DNA of 64,000 nucleotides from Escherichia coli (GTDB lineage Bacteria; Pseudomonadota; Gammaproteobacteria; Enterobacterales; Enterobacteriaceae): NCBI RefSeq assembly GCF_048403405.1, contig NZ_CP183129.1; one strand, 5' to 3'. Shown piece by piece: positions 58,427 to 64,000 of this stretch (position 1 is its first letter; each line of letters starts with the position of its first letter). The notes under the pieces were generated by a model. It saw only the letters and a program-made list of their open reading frames with translations, ran no database searches and was not told where the DNA came from. The position numbers and the translations under genes were made by a program.

Positions 58427-59192
58427 TGCTCTCTCCGGTTATGATCACATCGATCCCTTTCTTTTCCAGCGCCTGACGAAACGCTGGATCGATACCTGCG
58501 TCGGTAATTAGCTTATCGACGCTTTCAAGACTGCAAACTACGTTGGGGCTTTTACGGCCAAACTTTGATGAGTCTGCCATCAAAATCACTTCGCGCGCGG
58601 CATTGCACATTGCCTTACTGACGGTATAAACCTCGTTGAACGTGGTTACGCCCGCATTGAGATCGATGCCGTCGGTGCCCATAAACAATTTATCGAAGGT
58701 GAAATGCTCGAAGGCATTCTCTGCCAGTTGCCCGTGAAATGAGGCCGATTTTTTACGAAATGTTCCGCCTGGCATCAGGATAGTTTGTTCGTTATCCAGT
58801 TCGGATAGCGCATTGACGATATGCAGGCTGTTGGTCATCACTGTGATGTTATTAAAGCGCGAGAGCAGGGGAACCATCTGCAAAACGGTACTGCCAGCAT
58901 CAAGAATGATCGAATCGCCATCATGGATAAAACTAACGGCAGCTTCTGCAATCAGCTCTTTCTTGTGGGTGTTGATGAGTGTTTTATGATCGATAGGCGG
59001 ATCGGATTCCTCTTTATTCAACACCACTCCGCCATAAGTACGAATGACGGTTCCGGCATGTTCCAGAATGACCAGATCTTTGCGAATGGTTGTGCCTGTG
59101 GTGTCAAAGTATTGCGCCAATTCTTCAACCGAGCATTTACCCTGCTTTTGCAGATACTCCAGAATGGCGGCCTGACGCTGACGAGGTTTCAT
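58419..59192 (-). CDS. srlR: Glucitol operon repressor (DeoR family)
   Basis: 257 aa ORF in the conserved position. Confidence 0.9.
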
Positions 59193-59258
59193 GGGCGTGA
59201 TTACCTGATTTAGGTTTCAAAATGATAACTTCGCAAGCAAGTAACATTCACAACGAAA

Positions 59259-59618
59259 TTATCCACGTTTCAGTTTAAGCGCCAATGATAGAGCATTCTG
59301 TGATAGTGGATCATGGGGAAAGATCACATCGGGCTGTAAATCACCCGCATACATACCGGTAATTGCGGGAATTTTTTGCGGTCGGGCGAAGACGGTCAGT
59401 CCTTTCATAAACAAGGTGTCGACGATGCGTTGCTGATCGTCCAGGGCGATGGCGACCACGACCCGCGGTTTAAAGCGCCCGCTGGAACGGCCCACGCCAA
59501 CCCGCCCTTGCTGGCATAGTGTGTCGAAGGCACGGTTAAAACGAGAAATTTGCCAACCGCCTAAGGCCAGTTGCGCACACCAGGCGATAACGGCGACGGT
59601 GATGAGTGCGGATACCAT
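59259..59618 (-). CDS. gutM: Glucitol operon activator
   Basis: 119 aa ORF between srlD and srlR. Confidence 0.85.
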   Translation of the reverse strand: MVSALITVAVIAWCAQLALGGWQISRFNRAFDTLCQQGRVGVGRSSGRFKPRVVVAIALDDQQRIVDTLFMKGLTVFARPQKIPAITGMYAGDLQPDVIFPHDPLSQNALSLALKLKRG

Positions 59619-59652
59619 AACTTCTCCGTAATGTAGTGGCGGAAGTCCTGTA

Positions 59653-59716
59653 TGCCTGATGAGCGTAGCGCATCAGGCATTCTATTAGTCGCGCGGAGAT
59701 CCTTAAAAGATCTCCG
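59653..59716. repeat. Two palindromic hairpins (REP-like) between srlD and gutM
   Basis: TGCCTGATG...CATCAGGCA (59653-59679) and CGGAGATC...GATCTCCG (59694-59716); no adjacent U-run in either direction. Confidence 0.35.
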
Positions 59717-59723
59717 CTGTTGA

Positions 59724-60878
<1,155 letters not shown>

Positions 60879-60888
60879 GTTTCAGCCT

Positions 60889-62426
<1,538 letters not shown>

Positions 62427-62663
62427 TTATTGTTTTATTACCAAACGGCAACCTAATCTAATCAGATTGAAAGATTTAAAAGTGTTATTTTGATCGCAAA
62501 ATGAAAGATAAATATTTTAACTTGAAAGTTTAAATAAAAGGATAGCGAGGAGAATGAGTTGAGTTATGTAAAGTCCGTATCGGGCAGTGACTACCGCTTC
62601 CTTGTGCGGGGCGTGATGCTTTACCATACTTGCCCCTGGTTGAATCTGTTAAATGGACCCCTC

Positions 62664-63749
62664 ATGTTCAAGCGTCGTTATGTAACATTGCTTCCCCTTT
62701 TTGTGTTGCTTGCCGCCTGTAGCAGCAAGCCAAAACCTACTGAGACTGAAACGACCACCGGAACGCCGTCTGGCGGCTTCCTGCTTGAGCCGCAGCACAA
62801 TGTGATGCAGATGGGCGGCGATTTCGCTAATAACCCGAATGCCCAGCAGTTCATCGACAAAATGGTGAACAAACACGGTTTCGATCGTCAGCAGTTGCAG
62901 GAAATTCTCTCCCAGGCGAAACGTCTGGATTCGGTACTGCGGCTGATGGATAACCAGGCACCAACCACATCGGTGAAACCGCCATCAGGTCCGAACGGCG
63001 CATGGCTGCGTTATCGCAAAAAATTTATTACGCCGGACAACGTGCAGAACGGTGTGGTTTTCTGGAATCAGTATGAAGATGCGCTGAATCGCGCGTGGCA
63101 GGTGTATGGCGTACCGCCGGAAATTATCGTCGGGATTATCGGCGTTGAAACGCGCTGGGGGCGCGTGATGGGGAAAACTCGCATCCTCGATGCGCTGGCA
63201 ACGCTGTCATTTAACTACCCACGCCGCGCGGAGTATTTCTCTGGCGAGCTGGAAACTTTCCTGCTGATGGCGCGCGACGAGCAGGACGATCCGCTCAATC
63301 TGAAAGGTTCCTTTGCCGGGGCGATGGGCTACGGACAGTTTATGCCGTCGTCTTACAAACAATACGCGGTAGATTTCAGCGGCGACGGGCATATCAACCT
63401 GTGGGATCCGGTTGATGCCATTGGTAGTGTGGCGAACTATTTCAAAGCGCACGGCTGGGTGAAAGGTGATCAGGTTGCGGTGATGGCAAACGGTCAGGCT
63501 CCAGGCTTGCCAAATGGCTTCAAAACCAAGTACAGCATTTCGCAGCTTGCCGCGGCAGGTTTAACGCCACAGCAGCCGCTGGGCAACCATCAACAAGCCA
63601 GCCTGCTGCGTCTGGATGTCGGTACCGGTTACCAGTACTGGTACGGTCTGCCGAACTTCTACACCATCACCCGTTACAACCACAGTACCCATTACGCAAT
63701 GGCGGTCTGGCAGTTAGGACAAGCCGTGGCGCTGGCGCGCGTGCAGTAA
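62664..63749 (+). CDS. mltB: Membrane-bound lytic murein transglycosylase B
   Basis: Track ORF starts at TTG 62559; ATG 62664 gives MFKRRYVTLLPLFVLLAACSS (lipobox); 361 aa. Confidence 0.9.
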   Translation: MFKRRYVTLLPLFVLLAACSSKPKPTETETTTGTPSGGFLLEPQHNVMQMGGDFANNPNAQQFIDKMVNKHGFDRQQLQEILSQAKRLDSVLRLMDNQAPTTSVKPPSGPNGAWLRYRKKFITPDNVQNGVVFWNQYEDALNRAWQVYGVPPEIIVGIIGVETRWGRVMGKTRILDALATLSFNYPRRAEYFSGELETFLLMARDEQDDPLNLKGSFAGAMGYGQFMPSSYKQYAVDFSGDGHINLWDPVDAIGSVANYFKAHGWVKGDQVAVMANGQAPGLPNGFKTKYSISQLAAAGLTPQQPLGNHQQASLLRLDVGTGYQYWYGLPNFYTITRYNHSTHYAMAVWQLGQAVALARVQ

Positions 63750-63758
63750 CTACTTGCA

Positions 63759-63800
63759 AGAGGGGAGCGTGAGCTTCCCTCTGGCTAATCAGCTTTTTTC
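63759..63800 (+). terminator. Possible terminator hairpin downstream of mltB
   Basis: AGAGGG / CCCTCT stem (63759-63782) with a TTTTTT run about 12 nt later; weak. Confidence 0.3.
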
Positions 63801-63893
63801 TGAATCCTCCTCGTAAAATTGCAACGCCAACACCATCTTCCTGACGAAAGTGCTATCTTGTCCGGCATAAATTTTTGACTGACAGAGGTTGTG

Positions 63894-64000
63894 ATGACTG
63901 ACAGTGAACTGATGCAGTTAAGCGAACAGGTTGGGCAGGCGCTGAAAGCCCGTGGCGCAACCGTAACAACTGCTGAGTCTTGTACCGGTGGTTGGGTAGC
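63894..64000 (+). CDS. pncC: NMN amidohydrolase PncC (CinA-like), 5' fragment running off the window
   Basis: ATG 63894 then MTDSELMQLSEQVGQALKARGATVTTAESCTGGWV; truncated by the window end. Confidence 0.8.
   Translation, partial: MTDSELMQLSEQVGQALKARGATVTTAESCTGGWV

Overview
This window reads as an Escherichia coli chromosomal segment, inverted relative to the K-12 map, running from a type I-E CRISPR-Cas locus through iap, cysDNC, ispDF, rpoS, mutS, the fhlA/hyp/hyc formate hydrogenlyase cluster, asc, hydN-hypF, norRVW and the srl/gut operon to mltB and the start of pncC. All gene calls are from reading the six-frame track and the sequence against remembered E. coli proteins; no database search was run. 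I did not find a convincingly novel system. The CRISPR-Cas locus has casABCDE-cas1-cas2, a leader, and seven GTGTTCCCCGCGCCAGCGGGGATAAACCG repeats with six spacers; cas3 is not in the window. The best candidates for follow-up are three small blocks that, from memory of K-12 gene order, are absent there: a MarR/SlyA-UbiX-UbiD block next to rpoS, a Mop/TOBE molbindin gene between ygbA and fhlA, and a HigB/HigA-like toxin-antitoxin pair between hycI and ascB. No transposase, integrase or IS element was seen. Several track ORFs begin at upstream TTG/GTG codons; where a conserved N-terminus and ribosome-binding site were visible I give the shorter start.
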